DNA from: Paracoccaceae bacterium
GTDB lineage: Bacteria > Pseudomonadota > Alphaproteobacteria > Rhodobacterales > Rhodobacteraceae
Direction of reading: 5' to 3'
NCBI GenBank assembly: GCA_026419405.1
Contig: JANZZL010000005.1
Location: 6,689 to 70,688, forward strand
Length of the DNA stretch: 64,000 bases
Below, piece after piece: positions 51,848 to 61,755 of the stretch (its first letter is position 1; each line of letters opens with the position of its first letter). The notes beneath the pieces were generated by a model that had not been told where the DNA came from, searched no databases, and saw only the letters and a program-made list of their open reading frames with translations. The position numbers were made by a program, and so were the translations under genes.

Positions 51848-53173
51848 TCAGCCGGCGAGCACGTAGTGCAGCCCGGTGAAGCGGGCACGCAGCGCGGCGA
51901 CCTCGGGCGCGAGCGCCTCGGGGTCGTTGCCCCTGAGCGCCCGGGCGATCAGCCGGGCGAGCTCGGGCGCGTCGGCCTCGGTCACGCCGCGGCGGACGAG
52001 CTCCGGCGTGCCGAGCCGGAGGCCGTTGAGGTCGCCCGGCACCTCGGGCAGCGGCAGGCCGATGCCGCAGGCGAGGAATCCGGCCCGGCGCAGGGTCCGC
52101 GCGGCCGCCTGCCCGCCGCCGAAGGCCGCCGCCGCGAGGGCGAACTGGTGCGAGGCGGTGAAGCCGCGGCCGGCGGCGAACACGGGCAGGCCCTCGGCGG
52201 CGAGCGCCGCGGCCAGCGCCTGCGCGACCGAGACCATCTTCCGCGCATAGGCCGCGCCGAACTCCCGCCAGTCGATGAGCGTGAACGCGAGCGCCGCCAC
52301 CCGGCCGGCGTCGAAGTTCGCGGTCATCCCCGGAAAGGCGATGGCGTCGAGCCGCCGCGCGATGTCGGCGTCGTTGGTGACGATGAGCCCGCCCGCGGGG
52401 CCGCCGAGGCTCTTGTAGGTGGACATGGTCATGAGGTGCGCGCCCTGGTCGAGCGGGTTCGGCCAGGCCCCGCCGGCGATGATCCCGCACTGGTGGGCGG
52501 CATCGAACAGCACCGTCGCGCCCACCTCGTCGGCGATGGCGCGCACCTCGGCCACCGGATGGGGGAAGAGGTTGAGGCTGCCGCCCAGCGTGATGATGCG
52601 CGGGCGGACCTCGCGGGCGAGCGCGCGGAGCGCGGCGAGGTCCACGGTGTAGCCGTCGGCATCGACCGGTGCGGGATGGGTGACCAGCCCGTAGAGCCCC
52701 GCGCAGCCCGCCGCGTGGTGGGTGACGTGCCCGCCGACCGCGGGCGGCGGCGCGATGATCGCCTCGCCCGGGCGCGCCAGCGCCATGAAGCCGTAGAGGT
52801 TGGCCATCGCGCCCGAGAACACCCGCACCTCGGCGTAGCGCGCGCCGAAGACCTCGGCGGCGAGTTCGGCGGCGATGACCTCGATCTCCTCGATCGCCTC
52901 GAGCCCGGTCTCGTACTTGTCGCCGGGGTAGCCCAGCGAGGGGCGCGTGCCGAGCCCGGCCGCAAGCGCCGCCTCGGCGCGCGGGTTCATCACGTTGGTC
53001 GCGGGGTTGAGGTTGAAACACTCGGCATCGTGGATCGCGCGGTTGCGCGCGATCAGCGCCGCGATGCGCGCGGCGACGGCCTCGGGCCCGGCCGCGGCGG
53101 TGGCGGCGGCATGGCGCTGGACGAGCGCCTCGCAGTGGGCGGGCACCCAGTCGCGGACGGCAAGGCGGGTCAT
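51848..53173 (-). CDS. Serine hydroxymethyltransferase-family PLP enzyme (divergent)
   Basis: ATG at 53173 (MTRLAVRDW). SHMT-like blocks (LNPATNVMNP, GYPGDKYETG, VFSGAMANL, TMSTYKSLGGPAGG with the PLP Lys), but divergent from the canonical TTHKTLRGPRGG. Confidence 0.8.
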   Translation of the reverse strand: MTRLAVRDWVPAHCEALVQRHAAATAAAGPEAVAARIAALIARNRAIHDAECFNLNPATNVMNPRAEAALAAGLGTRPSLGYPGDKYETGLEAIEEIEVIAAELAAEVFGARYAEVRVFSGAMANLYGFMALARPGEAIIAPPPAVGGHVTHHAAGCAGLYGLVTHPAPVDADGYTVDLAALRALAREVRPRIITLGGSLNLFPHPVAEVRAIADEVGATVLFDAAHQCGIIAGGAWPNPLDQGAHLMTMSTYKSLGGPAGGLIVTNDADIARRLDAIAFPGMTANFDAGRVAALAFTLIDWREFGAAYARKMVSVAQALAAALAAEGLPVFAAGRGFTASHQFALAAAAFGGGQAAARTLRRAGFLACGIGLPLPEVPGDLNGLRLGTPELVRRGVTEADAPELARLIARALRGNDPEALAPEVAALRARFTGLHYVLAG

Positions 53174-53245
53174 GCGTCGGTCTCCAACGGTGGCTGGCGC
53201 GGCGAGCCTATACCGGGAACGCGGCCGCACGCCACCTGCCCCGCC

Positions 53246-53575
53246 TCAGTCCGCCGGGGTTCCGAGTTCGGCCGCGAGGAAGCGCTCGAAGGCCTCCAGA
53301 TGCACCGGCTCGAACTGGCCGAAGCCCTGCATCCAGACCGAGGCGGCCTTCAGCGCGTCGGGCTCGAGCCGGCACCATTTCACCCGGCCGCGCTTCTCCT
53401 GGCTGATCAGCCCCGCCGCGGCGAGGACGGCGAGGTGCTTGGAGATCGCGGCGAGCGACATCTGGAAGGGCGCGGCCACGTCGGTCACGGCCATGTCGTC
53501 CTCGAGCAGCATGGTCAGGATCGCCCGGCGGGTCGGGTCGGCGAGCGCGGCGAAGACGGCGTCGAGCGGGTCCAT
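53246..53575 (-). CDS. ArsR/SmtB family transcriptional regulator
   Basis: 109 aa from the ATG at 53575. FAALADPTRRAILTML..MAVTDVAAPFQMSLAAISKHLAVLAAAGLI is the classic ArsR HTH. Confidence 0.85.
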   Translation of the reverse strand: MDPLDAVFAALADPTRRAILTMLLEDDMAVTDVAAPFQMSLAAISKHLAVLAAAGLISQEKRGRVKWCRLEPDALKAASVWMQGFGQFEPVHLEAFERFLAAELGTPAD

Positions 53576-53607
53576 GCGGCCCTGTCTGCGACGCCCGCCG
53601 GCGATCG

Positions 53608-53623
53608 TCAACCGGACGGTTGA
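53608..53623. promoter_or_regulatory. 7-2-7 inverted repeat TCAACCG-GA-CGGTTGA upstream of arsR (candidate operator)
   Basis: Perfect palindrome 33-48 nt upstream of the arsR-family start codon. ArsR/SmtB regulators typically bind inverted repeats overlapping their own promoter. Confidence 0.4.
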
Positions 53624-53803
53624 ACTTGCCCGACCGGGCCGGGAACGCCGGTGCGCTGCCGCTGCCGCCTGCGGCGCCGTGACGCCGGGATGGAATTCCC
53701 ATTCCTGTCAGTGGCTTGGCCATCCGCCCGCCGGCCGCCGGCACGCTTGACTCGCGGTCGGGCCGAGTCTAGCAAGCGCCGGACTGTCCATGGGGGCTTT
53801 CGC

Positions 53804-54145
53804 ATGGCCGAGCCGCGCGACGAGGACCGCCTGAAGGCGCTCGACGAGCGGCTCCGGGCGGCGAAGGCGGCGCAGGCGCCGGAGCCCCGCGTGGAGGAGC
53901 ACTACTCGCAGGCGCAGCTCGCCTGGCGGATGGTGATCGAGCTTGTCGCCGGCCTCGGGGTGGGGTTCGGCATCGGATACGGGCTCGACGCGCTGTTCGG
54001 CACGCGGCCCTGGCTGATGGTGGTGTTCATCCTGCTCGGCTTCGCGGCCGGGGTGAACGTGATGCTGCGCACCGCGCGCGAGGTGCGGCTGAAGGACGGT
54101 CGGGAGACCGGGGCGGAGCGATCCGCCTCAGACGAGAGGGGCTGA
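53804..54145 (+). CDS. atpI: F0F1 ATP synthase protein I (AtpI/AtpR-like)
   Basis: 113 aa. Small protein with two TM helices ([21 protein letters not shown]; [15 protein letters not shown]), directly upstream of atpB. Confidence 0.75.
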   Translation: MAEPRDEDRLKALDERLRAAKAAQAPEPRVEEHYSQAQLAWRMVIELVAGLGVGFGIGYGLDALFGTRPWLMVVFILLGFAAGVNVMLRTAREVRLKDGRETGAERSASDERG

Positions 54146-54149
54146 AGAC

Positions 54150-54896
54150 GTGGCGACCGAGGCGGAAGGCGGCATCTCCATCCACCCGATGGACCAGTTC
54201 ATCATCAAGCCGCTGTTCGGCGGCGAGCACATCGCCTTCTACACGCCCACCAACGCGACGCTGTGGATGGCGCTCGCGGTGCTGGCCACCATCGGGCTTC
54301 TCGTCGTCGGCACGCGCGGCCGGGCGATCGTGCCCTCGCGGATGCAGTCGGTCGCAGAGCTCGCCTACGGCTTCGTCTACAAGATGGTCGAGGACGTGGC
54401 CGGCAAGGACGGGCTGAAGTTCTTCCCCTACATCATGACGCTGTTCATGTTCATCGTGCTGGCCAACTTCCTCGGCCTGATCCCGATGAGCTTCACGCCG
54501 ACCTCGCACATCGCGGTGACCGCGGTGCTGGCCGGCCTCGTCTTCGTCACCGTGACGGTGCTGGGCTTCGTCAAGAACGGCGCGCATTTCCTGGAGCTCT
54601 TCTGGGTGAAGTCGGCGCCGCTGCCGCTGCGCCCGATCCTGGCGGTGATCGAGCTCATCTCCTACTTCGTGCGGCCGGTGAGCCACTCGATCCGACTGGC
54701 CGGGAACATCATGGCGGGGCACGCGGTGCTCAAGGTCTTCGCGGGCTTCGCGGCGGTGGCCTGGATCGCCCCCGCCTCGATCCTGGCGATCACGGCGATC
54801 TACGCGCTCGAGGTGCTGGTCGCCTTCATCCAGGCCTATGTCTTCACCATCCTGACCTGCGTCTACCTCAAGGATGCGCTGCATCCGCACCACTGA
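54150..54896 (+). CDS. atpB: F0F1 ATP synthase subunit a
   Basis: 248 aa, GTG start. Has the conserved [14 protein letters not shown] (essential Arg) region. Confidence 0.92.
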   Translation: MATEAEGGISIHPMDQFIIKPLFGGEHIAFYTPTNATLWMALAVLATIGLLVVGTRGRAIVPSRMQSVAELAYGFVYKMVEDVAGKDGLKFFPYIMTLFMFIVLANFLGLIPMSFTPTSHIAVTAVLAGLVFVTVTVLGFVKNGAHFLELFWVKSAPLPLRPILAVIELISYFVRPVSHSIRLAGNIMAGHAVLKVFAGFAAVAWIAPASILAITAIYALEVLVAFIQAYVFTILTCVYLKDALHPHH

Positions 54897-54941
54897 CGCA
54901 GGCCCCCTCACACGACCAGTTCCAACCAAGGAGTCACGGAC

Positions 54942-55178
54942 ATGGAAGGCGATATCGCTCAAATGGGGCAGTTCATCGGCGCGGGCATGGCCGCGATCGG
55001 GTCCGGCGCGGCCGCGATCGGTGTGGGCCACGTGGCCGGCAACTTCCTGGCGGGCGCGCTGCGCAACCCCTCGGCCGCCGCGAGCCAGACCGCCACGCTG
55101 TTCATCGGCATCGCCTTCGCCGAGGCGCTGGGGATCTTCGCGTTCCTCGTGGCGCTGCTGCTGATGTTCGCCGTCTGA
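54942..55178 (+). CDS. atpE: F0F1 ATP synthase subunit c
   Basis: 78-aa hairpin proteolipid with a GxGxGxG helix 1 and [10 protein letters not shown] (carboxylate Glu) helix 2. Confidence 0.92.
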   Translation: MEGDIAQMGQFIGAGMAAIGSGAAAIGVGHVAGNFLAGALRNPSAAASQTATLFIGIAFAEALGIFAFLVALLLMFAV

Positions 55179-55243
55179 TCCTGACGATCCGCAGGTCCGG
55201 GCGGGGCCGCCCCGCCCGGTGAACGGGACGAACGGAGGACGCG

Positions 55244-55804
55244 ATGGCGACCGAATCCACCGAAGCCGCGCATGGCGCCGCCGAGGCCGCGGGGCACGCC
55301 GCGGCCGCCGGCGCGCCGGGCATGCCGCAGCTCGACTTCTCGACCTTTCCCAACCAGATCTTCTGGCTCGCGCTGACGCTGATCGCGATCTACCTGGTGC
55401 TGTCGCGCGTGGCGCTGCCGCGGATCGGGGCGGTGCTGGCCGAGCGCAAGGGCACGATCACCAACGACCTGGCGGCGGCCGAGGAGCTGAAGCTGAAGGC
55501 CGAGGAGGCCGAGCAGGCCTACCAGAAGGCCCTGTCGGACGCCCGCGCCGAGGCCCAGCGCATCGTGGCGGAGACGCGCGCCGGGATCCAGAAGGAGCTC
55601 GACGCCGCCACCGCGAAGGCCAATGCCGAGATCGCCGCCCGCGCGGCGGAATCGGAGAAGCGGATCGCCGAGATCCGCGCCTCGGCGATGGAGAGCGTCG
55701 CCGCCGTGGCGCGCGACACCGCCGGGGCGATCGTCGGCGCGCTGGGCGCTCAGGCCGATGCCAGCGCCATCGAGGCCGCCGTGGCGGCGCGGCTGAAGGG
55801 ATGA
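55244..55804 (+). CDS. atpF2: F0F1 ATP synthase subunit b'
   Basis: 186 aa. One N-terminal TM ([19 protein letters not shown]) then a long Ala/Glu/Lys coiled coil. Position after atpE is as in alphaproteobacterial F0 operons. Confidence 0.8.
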   Translation: MATESTEAAHGAAEAAGHAAAAGAPGMPQLDFSTFPNQIFWLALTLIAIYLVLSRVALPRIGAVLAERKGTITNDLAAAEELKLKAEEAEQAYQKALSDARAEAQRIVAETRAGIQKELDAATAKANAEIAARAAESEKRIAEIRASAMESVAAVARDTAGAIVGALGAQADASAIEAAVAARLKG

Positions 55805-56367
55805 CCGTCATGTCGAGGATCGCTTTCGCCGCTTCGATGCTCGCGGCCGGCCCCGCACTCGCCGCCTCGGGCCCCTTCTTCTCGCTGCGCAACACCGACT
55901 TCGTGGTGCTGCTCGGGTTCCTGCTGTTCGTCGGCATCCTGGTCTACTTCCGGGTGCCTTCCCTGATCGTGGGGATGCTCGACCGGCGGGCGGCGCAGAT
56001 CCGCGCCGAACTCGACGAGGCGCGCGCCCTGCGCGAGGAGGCGCAGAAGCTCCTTGCCGCCTACGAGCGCAAGCAGCGCGAGGTCGCCGAACAGGCCGAG
56101 CGCATCGTGCGCCACGCCCGCGAGGAGGCCGCGGCCGCCGCCGAGGAGGCGAAGGCCGCGCTCCAGGCCCAGATGGCGCGCCGCCTCGCGGCCGCCGAGG
56201 AGCAGATCGCCTCGGCCGAGGCTGCGGCGATCCGGGAGGTGCGCGACCGTGCGATCCAGGTCGCCGTCGCGGCAGCCGGCGACGCGATCGCGCAGGCCAT
56301 GACGGCCGAGAGGGCGAACGCCCTGATCGAGAGGGCAATCGCCGAGGTCGAGAGCAAGCTGCACTGA
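55801..56367 (+). CDS. atpF: F0F1 ATP synthase subunit b
   Basis: ATGA overlap with b'. A TM segment ([17 protein letters not shown]) followed by a coiled coil. Confidence 0.8.
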   Translation: MTVMSRIAFAASMLAAGPALAASGPFFSLRNTDFVVLLGFLLFVGILVYFRVPSLIVGMLDRRAAQIRAELDEARALREEAQKLLAAYERKQREVAEQAERIVRHAREEAAAAAEEAKAALQAQMARRLAAAEEQIASAEAAAIREVRDRAIQVAVAAAGDAIAQAMTAERANALIERAIAEVESKLH

Positions 56368-56401
56368 GCGCCGCGCCTGCCGCCCCCGCCAGACCCCGTG
56401 C

Positions 56402-56426
56402 AAGGCCCGGCCCCGCGCCGGGCCTT
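56402..56426. terminator. Hairpin between convergent atpF and the GntR-family gene (possible bidirectional terminator)
   Basis: 9-bp stem AAGGCCCGG / CCGGGCCTT with a 7-nt loop. Confidence 0.5.
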
Positions 56427-56444
56427 CGCGTCAGGGGACCGGCG

Positions 56445-57212
56445 CTAGCGGCTCTCCTCGTGCTCGAGCCGCATCCGGGCGATCGACTCGTTGCGCTCGG
56501 CCCGGCGCTGCGCCGTCAGCGCCTCGCGCACGAAGTCGAGGTGGCGTTCCACCGCCGCGCGCGCTCCGGCGGCGTCGCGCGCCTGGAGCGCATCGTTGAT
56601 CGCGCGGTGCTGGTCCAGCAGCGCGGCCCGCGTCATGCGCTGCTTGAACATGATCTGGCGGTTGTAGAACACACCCGCCTTCAGCAGGCCGAACATCGAC
56701 CGCATCATGTGCAGCATGATGACGTTGTGGCTGGCCTCGATGATCGCCATGTGGAACTCGGCGTCGAGCGCGGCCTCGGTCTCGGGGTTCCGCCGGGAAT
56801 GCGCGGCCTCCATCTTGGCGAACACGGCGTTGACCACGCGCAGGTCGGTATCCGAGCCGTGGCGCGCCGCCCGCTCGGCGGCGAGCCCCTCCATGTCGCG
56901 CCGGAAGTCGATGTAGTCGAACAGCGACTCGTCGTGCGCCGAGAACAGCCGCGCGAGCGCGGGCGGAAAGACGGCGGAGAGCGACTCGGCGACGAAGATC
57001 CCCGCCCCGGCCCGCGAGGTGACGAGCCCACGCGCCTGGAGTTCGGCCAGCGCCTCGCGCAGCGAGGGTCGCGAGACGCCGAGGCGGTCGGAGAGCTCGC
57101 GTTCGGAGGGCAGCCGCTCGCCCGGGCGCAGGATGCCGCGAAGGATCAGGAGCTCGATCTGCCGCACCACCGAAAGGGCAAGCTTTTCCGGCTGGACCGG
57201 CACGAACGGCAT
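56445..57212 (-). CDS. GntR/FadR family transcriptional regulator
   Basis: ATG at 57212 (MPFVPVQPEKLALSV). N-terminal GntR wHTH (RPGERLPSERELSDRLGVSRPSLREAL) plus an FCD C-terminal domain. Confidence 0.85.
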   Translation of the reverse strand: MPFVPVQPEKLALSVVRQIELLILRGILRPGERLPSERELSDRLGVSRPSLREALAELQARGLVTSRAGAGIFVAESLSAVFPPALARLFSAHDESLFDYIDFRRDMEGLAAERAARHGSDTDLRVVNAVFAKMEAAHSRRNPETEAALDAEFHMAIIEASHNVIMLHMMRSMFGLLKAGVFYNRQIMFKQRMTRAALLDQHRAINDALQARDAAGARAAVERHLDFVREALTAQRRAERNESIARMRLEHEESR

Positions 57213-57269
57213 GGTTCCCCCTGCGCGAACTGGCCAGAAGATATGACCGCGCGGAACCGCCAGCAACGG

Positions 57270-57303
57270 AAAAGGCCGGGACCGCGCGGCGGCGGTCCCG
57301 GCC
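57270..57303 (-). terminator. Rho-independent terminator after the OmpA-family gene
   Basis: 12-bp perfect stem GGCCGGGACCGC / GCGGTCCCGGCC with a 6-nt loop. On the minus strand it is followed by TTTT. Confidence 0.7.
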
Positions 57304-57328
57304 CCGATGTTCCCGTGGCGCGCCCGGC

Positions 57329-57979
57329 TCAGCGCGTCTCGCGGATGACGATCTCCACCCGGCGGTTGAGCTGCCGGCCCTGGGCGGTGGCGTTCGACGC
57401 GATCGGCTGGCGTTCGCCGAAGCCGTAGGCGACGATCCGGCTCGCCGGCACGCCCTGGCTGATCAGGATCGACGAGACCGCGCGGGCGCGGCGTTCGGAG
57501 AGATCCTGGTTGTAGGCGTCCGAGCCGGTCGAGTCGGTGTGGCCGATCACCTCGACAGTGGTGCGCGGATACTTGTTCAGGCTGCGCGCCAGGGTGGCGA
57601 GGTCGCGCTGGAGATCGGGCCGGACGAAGGTGCTGTCGACGTCGAACAGCAGGTCGTTCGGCATCCGCACGATCAGCCGGTCGCCGTCGCGGATCACGTC
57701 GATGCTGCCCGAGAGGTCGCGGTCGAGCTCGCGCGCCTGCGCGTCGAGCACGTTGCCGATGACCGCGCCGGCGATGCCGCCGATCACCGCGCCGGCCGCC
57801 GCCTGCTCGAGATCGTTGCTGCCGGGGCGCGAGGCGCCGATCGCCGCGCCGGCGAGCGCCCCGATCACCGCGCCCTGCTGGGTGCGCGGGTTCTGGGCCG
57901 TCGAGGTGCCCGGTTCCACGCAGCCCGAAAGGATCAGCGCGGCCGCGAGGCCCGCGACGAGTTTGGTTCCGATGTGCAT
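57329..57979 (-). CDS. OmpA family peptidoglycan-binding lipoprotein with glycine-zipper region
   Basis: Lipobox ALILSGC, Gly-zipper (GAVIGALAGAAIGA..GAVIGGIAGAVIG), C-terminal OmpA_C (GHTDSTGSDAYNQDLSERRA..NRRVEI). Confidence 0.8.
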   Translation of the reverse strand: MHIGTKLVAGLAAALILSGCVEPGTSTAQNPRTQQGAVIGALAGAAIGASRPGSNDLEQAAAGAVIGGIAGAVIGNVLDAQARELDRDLSGSIDVIRDGDRLIVRMPNDLLFDVDSTFVRPDLQRDLATLARSLNKYPRTTVEVIGHTDSTGSDAYNQDLSERRARAVSSILISQGVPASRIVAYGFGERQPIASNATAQGRQLNRRVEIVIRETR

Positions 57980-58101
57980 TGTCTGCCTCGTTCGATGAGA
58001 GCCGTTGCCGGCCGTTGAACCCGCAAGAACTCTTGGGGTTCCCCTCCGTGCTATTCAATAACGGAATCGCGCCCGCGCGGCATTTTGCGCATGCCTCCGG
58101 T

Positions 58102-58965
58102 TTACGGCGCCAGCGCGCCGGTGCGCGCGGCCTCCCAGGCGAGCATGGCGCGCTTGACCGGCAGCCCCCAGTGATAGCCCCCGAGCCCGCCCGACCTGCG
58201 CAGCGCCCGGTGGCAGGGGATGAGCCAGGAGACGGGGTTGCGCCCGACCGCGGTGCCGACCGCCCGGACGGCCCGCGGCGCGCCGATGCGGCCCGCGATC
58301 TCGGAATAGGTCGTGACATGCCCGGTCGGGATCGCCAGCAGCGCCTCCCAGACCTTGATCTGGAACGGCGCCCCGATCAGGTAGACCGGCGTCGGCTCGT
58401 CCCCGCGCCGGTCGGCGCCGAAGGCGGCCATCGCCCAGGGCCGCAGGAAGGCGGCATCCTCGGCGAGCCGCGCCTTCGGCCAGCGGCCGGCGAGATCGGC
58501 GAAGGTCGCCTCGGGGCCGGTCTCGGCGGCGAAGCCGATGCCGCAGATGCCCCGTTCCGTCCCCATCACCAGGGCCGGGCCGAAGGGGCTGTCGAACCAG
58601 CCCCAGAAGATGGTCAGCCCAGCGCCCCCGCGGGCGTAGTCGCCGGGGCTCATCGCCTCCCAGCGCAGGAACAGGTCGTGCAGCCGCCCGCCGCCCGAGA
58701 GCCCCGCGGCCGCCGCCGTCTCGAGCACGGTGAAGCGCTCGGCCAGCAGCCGGCGGGCGAGGTCGAGCGCGAGATACTGCTGGTAGCGCTTCGGCGAGAC
58801 GCCGACCCAGCGCGAGAACACGCGCTGGAAATGCGCGGGGCTCATGTTCAGCTCGGCGGCGAGGCGGTCGAGCGGCAGGGCGGCGCCGCCGGCGGCGTCG
58901 ATGCGCGCGATGGCGCGGGCGATGACCCGGTAGTGGTAGGCGTTCTGGTCGGTCACGGCGTGCAT
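58102..58965 (-). CDS. AraC-HTH / methylated-DNA-protein-cysteine methyltransferase fusion (Ada-like)
   Basis: ATG at 58965 (MHAVTDQ). AraC-type HTH (LAAELNMSPAHFQRVFSRWVGVSPKRY) plus an MGMT domain with the PCHR active site. Confidence 0.85.
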   Translation of the reverse strand: MHAVTDQNAYHYRVIARAIARIDAAGGAALPLDRLAAELNMSPAHFQRVFSRWVGVSPKRYQQYLALDLARRLLAERFTVLETAAAAGLSGGGRLHDLFLRWEAMSPGDYARGGAGLTIFWGWFDSPFGPALVMGTERGICGIGFAAETGPEATFADLAGRWPKARLAEDAAFLRPWAMAAFGADRRGDEPTPVYLIGAPFQIKVWEALLAIPTGHVTTYSEIAGRIGAPRAVRAVGTAVGRNPVSWLIPCHRALRRSGGLGGYHWGLPVKRAMLAWEAARTGALAP

Positions 58966-59077
58966 GGCTCCGGCTCCCCGAGGCCGAGGGATACCCCCGC
59001 CCGCCGTGTCGTGCGACCCGGAATCTGCGCCTTCCGCCCCTTGCGCCGGGCCGCGCCAGCCGCCAACAAGCGGAGTC

Positions 59078-59722
59078 ATGGCCGCACAGCTTCCCTATGC
59101 CACGATGCAGGAGATCTTCCGCCGCTTCCACGCGGCGGAACCCGAGCCGAAGGGAGAGCTCGAGCATCTGAACGCCTTCACGCTGCTCGTCGCCGTGGCG
59201 CTCTCGGCGCAGGCGACCGACGCGGGCGTGAACCGGGCGACGCGCGGCCTCTTCGCGGTGGCGGACACGCCGCAGAAGATGCTGGAGCTCGGCGAGGAGG
59301 GGCTGATCGCGCACATCCGCACCATCGGGCTCTACCGCAACAAGGCGCGGCACGTGATGCGCCTCTCGCGCATCCTCGTCGAGGAGTATGGCGGCGAGGT
59401 CCCCTCCTCGCGCGCGGCGCTGATGACGCTGCCCGGCGTCGGGCGCAAGACGGCGAACGTGGTGCTGAACATGTGGTGGCACCACCCCGCGCAGGCGGTG
59501 GACACCCACGTCTTCCGCGTGGGCAACCGCACCGGCATCGCGCCGGGCCGCGACCCGCTGGCCGTGGAGCGCGCGATCGAGGACAACGTGCCGGCCGAAT
59601 ACCAGCGCCACGCCCACCACTGGCTGATCCTGCACGGCCGCTACATCTGCACCGCGCGCAAGCCGCGCTGCGCCGACTGCCTGATCCGCGACCTGTGCGC
59701 CTGGGAGGAGAAGACCGCGTGA
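59078..59722 (+). CDS. nth: Endonuclease III
   Basis: 214 aa. HhH-GPD (LPGVGRKTANVVL) and the 4Fe-4S cluster loop C-x6-C-x2-C-x5-C (CTARKPRCADCLIRDLC). Confidence 0.92.
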   Translation: MAAQLPYATMQEIFRRFHAAEPEPKGELEHLNAFTLLVAVALSAQATDAGVNRATRGLFAVADTPQKMLELGEEGLIAHIRTIGLYRNKARHVMRLSRILVEEYGGEVPSSRAALMTLPGVGRKTANVVLNMWWHHPAQAVDTHVFRVGNRTGIAPGRDPLAVERAIEDNVPAEYQRHAHHWLILHGRYICTARKPRCADCLIRDLCAWEEKTA

Positions 59723-60708
59723 GCGAACGCTACGACGTCGTCGGCATAGGCAACGCCATCGTCGACGTGATCGCCGAAGGGGACGACACGTTCCTTGAAC
59801 TGATGGGGATCACCAAGGGGATCATGCAGCTGGTCGAGCGCGACCGCGCCGAGGTCCTCTATGCCGCAATGCGGAACCGACGGGAGGTGCCGGGCGGGTC
59901 GGTCGGCAATACGGTCGCCGGGACCGGCAACCTCGGGTTGCGGTCGGCCTTCATCGGGCGGGTGCGCGATGACGCGCTGGGCCGCTTCTACGCGAAATCG
60001 CTCGAGCTCGAGGGCACGGCCTTTCCCAACCGTCCCGTGGCCGGGGCGGACCTGCCGACGTCGCGCTCGATGATCTTCGTCTCGCAGGACGGCGAGAGAT
60101 CGATGAACACCTATCTGGGGATCTCGGCCGAACTGGGGCCCGAGGACGTGGACGAGGCGGTGGCCGGCAATGCCGACTGGCTGTTTCTCGAGGGCTACCT
60201 CTTCGACAAGGACAAGGGCAAGGAAGCGTTCCTCAAGGCCGCCCGCGCCTGCCACCGCGGCGGCGGGCGCGCCGGGATCGCGCTGAGTGATCCTTTCTGC
60301 GTCGACCGCCACCGCGGCGACTTCCGTCGTCTGGTGCGCGACGAGATGGATTTCGTCATCGGCAACGAGCACGAATGGGAAAGCCTGTACCAGACCGGGC
60401 TGGATGCAGCCCTTGAGGCGGCGCGGGCGGAATGCGGGACGGTGGTCTGCACGCGGTCGGGCGCGGATGTCATCCTGATCCGCGGCGACGAGCGTGTCAG
60501 CGTGCCCGTCCGGCGGGTCGTGCCGGTCGACGCCACGGGCGCCGGAGACCAGTTCGCGGCGGGCTTCCTCTACGGGATGGCGACAGGACAGCCGCTGAGG
60601 GTTGCCGGCCGGATGGGCTGCATCGCGGCGGCCGAGGTTATCGCCCATTTCGGTGCGCGCCCGGAGGCGGATGTGAAGGCCCTGTTCCGGGCCGAGGGAC
60701 TGATCTGA
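59719..60708 (+). CDS. PfkB family carbohydrate/adenosine kinase
   Basis: GTGA overlap with the nth stop. Has VVGIGNAIVD at the N-terminus and the DATGAGDQFAAGFLYG anion-hole motif. Confidence 0.8.
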   Translation: MSERYDVVGIGNAIVDVIAEGDDTFLELMGITKGIMQLVERDRAEVLYAAMRNRREVPGGSVGNTVAGTGNLGLRSAFIGRVRDDALGRFYAKSLELEGTAFPNRPVAGADLPTSRSMIFVSQDGERSMNTYLGISAELGPEDVDEAVAGNADWLFLEGYLFDKDKGKEAFLKAARACHRGGGRAGIALSDPFCVDRHRGDFRRLVRDEMDFVIGNEHEWESLYQTGLDAALEAARAECGTVVCTRSGADVILIRGDERVSVPVRRVVPVDATGAGDQFAAGFLYGMATGQPLRVAGRMGCIAAAEVIAHFGARPEADVKALFRAEGLI

Positions 60709-60780
60709 GGCGATCGCGCCGCAGCCGCGTGGCCGGACATGGACCCATGGGATGCCCCCGCGGCGCCGTCCCGCATGCGA

Positions 60781-61599
60781 TCATTCGCCGAGCTTGGCGT
60801 GAACCTCGTCCAGATCTATCTCGCCCAGCGGCATCTTGTTGCCGGGATTGTCGAAATCGTAGCGGAAGAGCTGAAAGTCCTTGCGGTAGATCTCCCACAT
60901 CAGGTGCCGCGACAGGTCGTCGAAGAAATCCTCTACCGGATGCGCCCGCTTGGGTCCGTGGCCCTCGCTCTCGTTGAACCGCGGCACGCGTGACAGGTCG
61001 ACCGGATGGCGCTGGGTCGTCGCGTCGAGGACGGACTGCATCCCCTCGTCGAACTTCTCCGTGAAGAAGATGCGGTCGTATCGTCCGCCGTTCACGATGA
61101 AGGTCGCGATATGTCCCGACATGGCCGACCAGTGGATGTCCGGGTCCATCGGCTTGCGCCAGCGGATCGTGTCCCGCGCGAACAGCAGGAACCTGCGGAA
61201 CGAGGCGATCTGGTCGAAGTCGTCGCGTCCTTCCGGGCCGCCGACATCGACCCCGTATTTCTGGACCAGCATGGGAACGAGGTTGCCGCGATAGCGCTTT
61301 CCGTTGCGCTGGACCCCGCAGATCTTGTCGAAGAAGGACGACAGGATCCGCGAATAGGGATTGCGCACGCAGGTGAAGGCAAAGGACTTGTGGGCCTTCA
61401 CATTGGCTTCGATCAGGGGCTGGCTGGCCTCGATGGCCCACTTGTGCATCCCCGACATAGCGTCATGGATGTCGCCGTCGAAGAAGCGGCCGTGATCGGA
61501 GTAGTACATGATCTGCCCGATCGTCGAGCAGGCGCACTTGGGAACGACGCGATAGACGACACTTTCGCTTTCCGTCATCCAGGTGCCGGGAAACCCCAT
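60781..61599 (-). CDS. Sulfotransferase family 2-like protein (carbohydrate sulfotransferase type)
   Basis: 272 aa. VPKCACSTIGQ (5'-phosphosulfate-binding-like) and VRNPYSRILSSF (3'-phosphate-binding-like) motifs. Lower GC than the window bulk. No signal peptide or TM segment seen. Confidence 0.72.
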   Translation of the reverse strand: MGFPGTWMTESESVVYRVVPKCACSTIGQIMYYSDHGRFFDGDIHDAMSGMHKWAIEASQPLIEANVKAHKSFAFTCVRNPYSRILSSFFDKICGVQRNGKRYRGNLVPMLVQKYGVDVGGPEGRDDFDQIASFRRFLLFARDTIRWRKPMDPDIHWSAMSGHIATFIVNGGRYDRIFFTEKFDEGMQSVLDATTQRHPVDLSRVPRFNESEGHGPKRAHPVEDFFDDLSRHLMWEIYRKDFQLFRYDFDNPGNKMPLGEIDLDEVHAKLGE

Positions 61600-61755
61600 G
61601 AAGCATCCTTTCTCTGCGCGGCCCTGTCTGTCCGCGGCACCAATTATCGATTAGAAAGCAAACAAACACTGGATTTTCAACGCCCGATCGGGCGATGGTG
61701 GCCACCGAGAGCAGGCACCAGGCCGCCCGGGCGCATATCGGGCTTGGCAGGAGAC
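61600..61755. promoter_or_regulatory. AT-richer divergent promoter region between the sulfotransferase and GT14-like genes
   Basis: 156-bp spacer, about 53% GC by hand count (61601-61700), including caattatcgattagaaagcaaacaaacactggattttcaa. No specific promoter boxes assigned. Confidence 0.35.
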
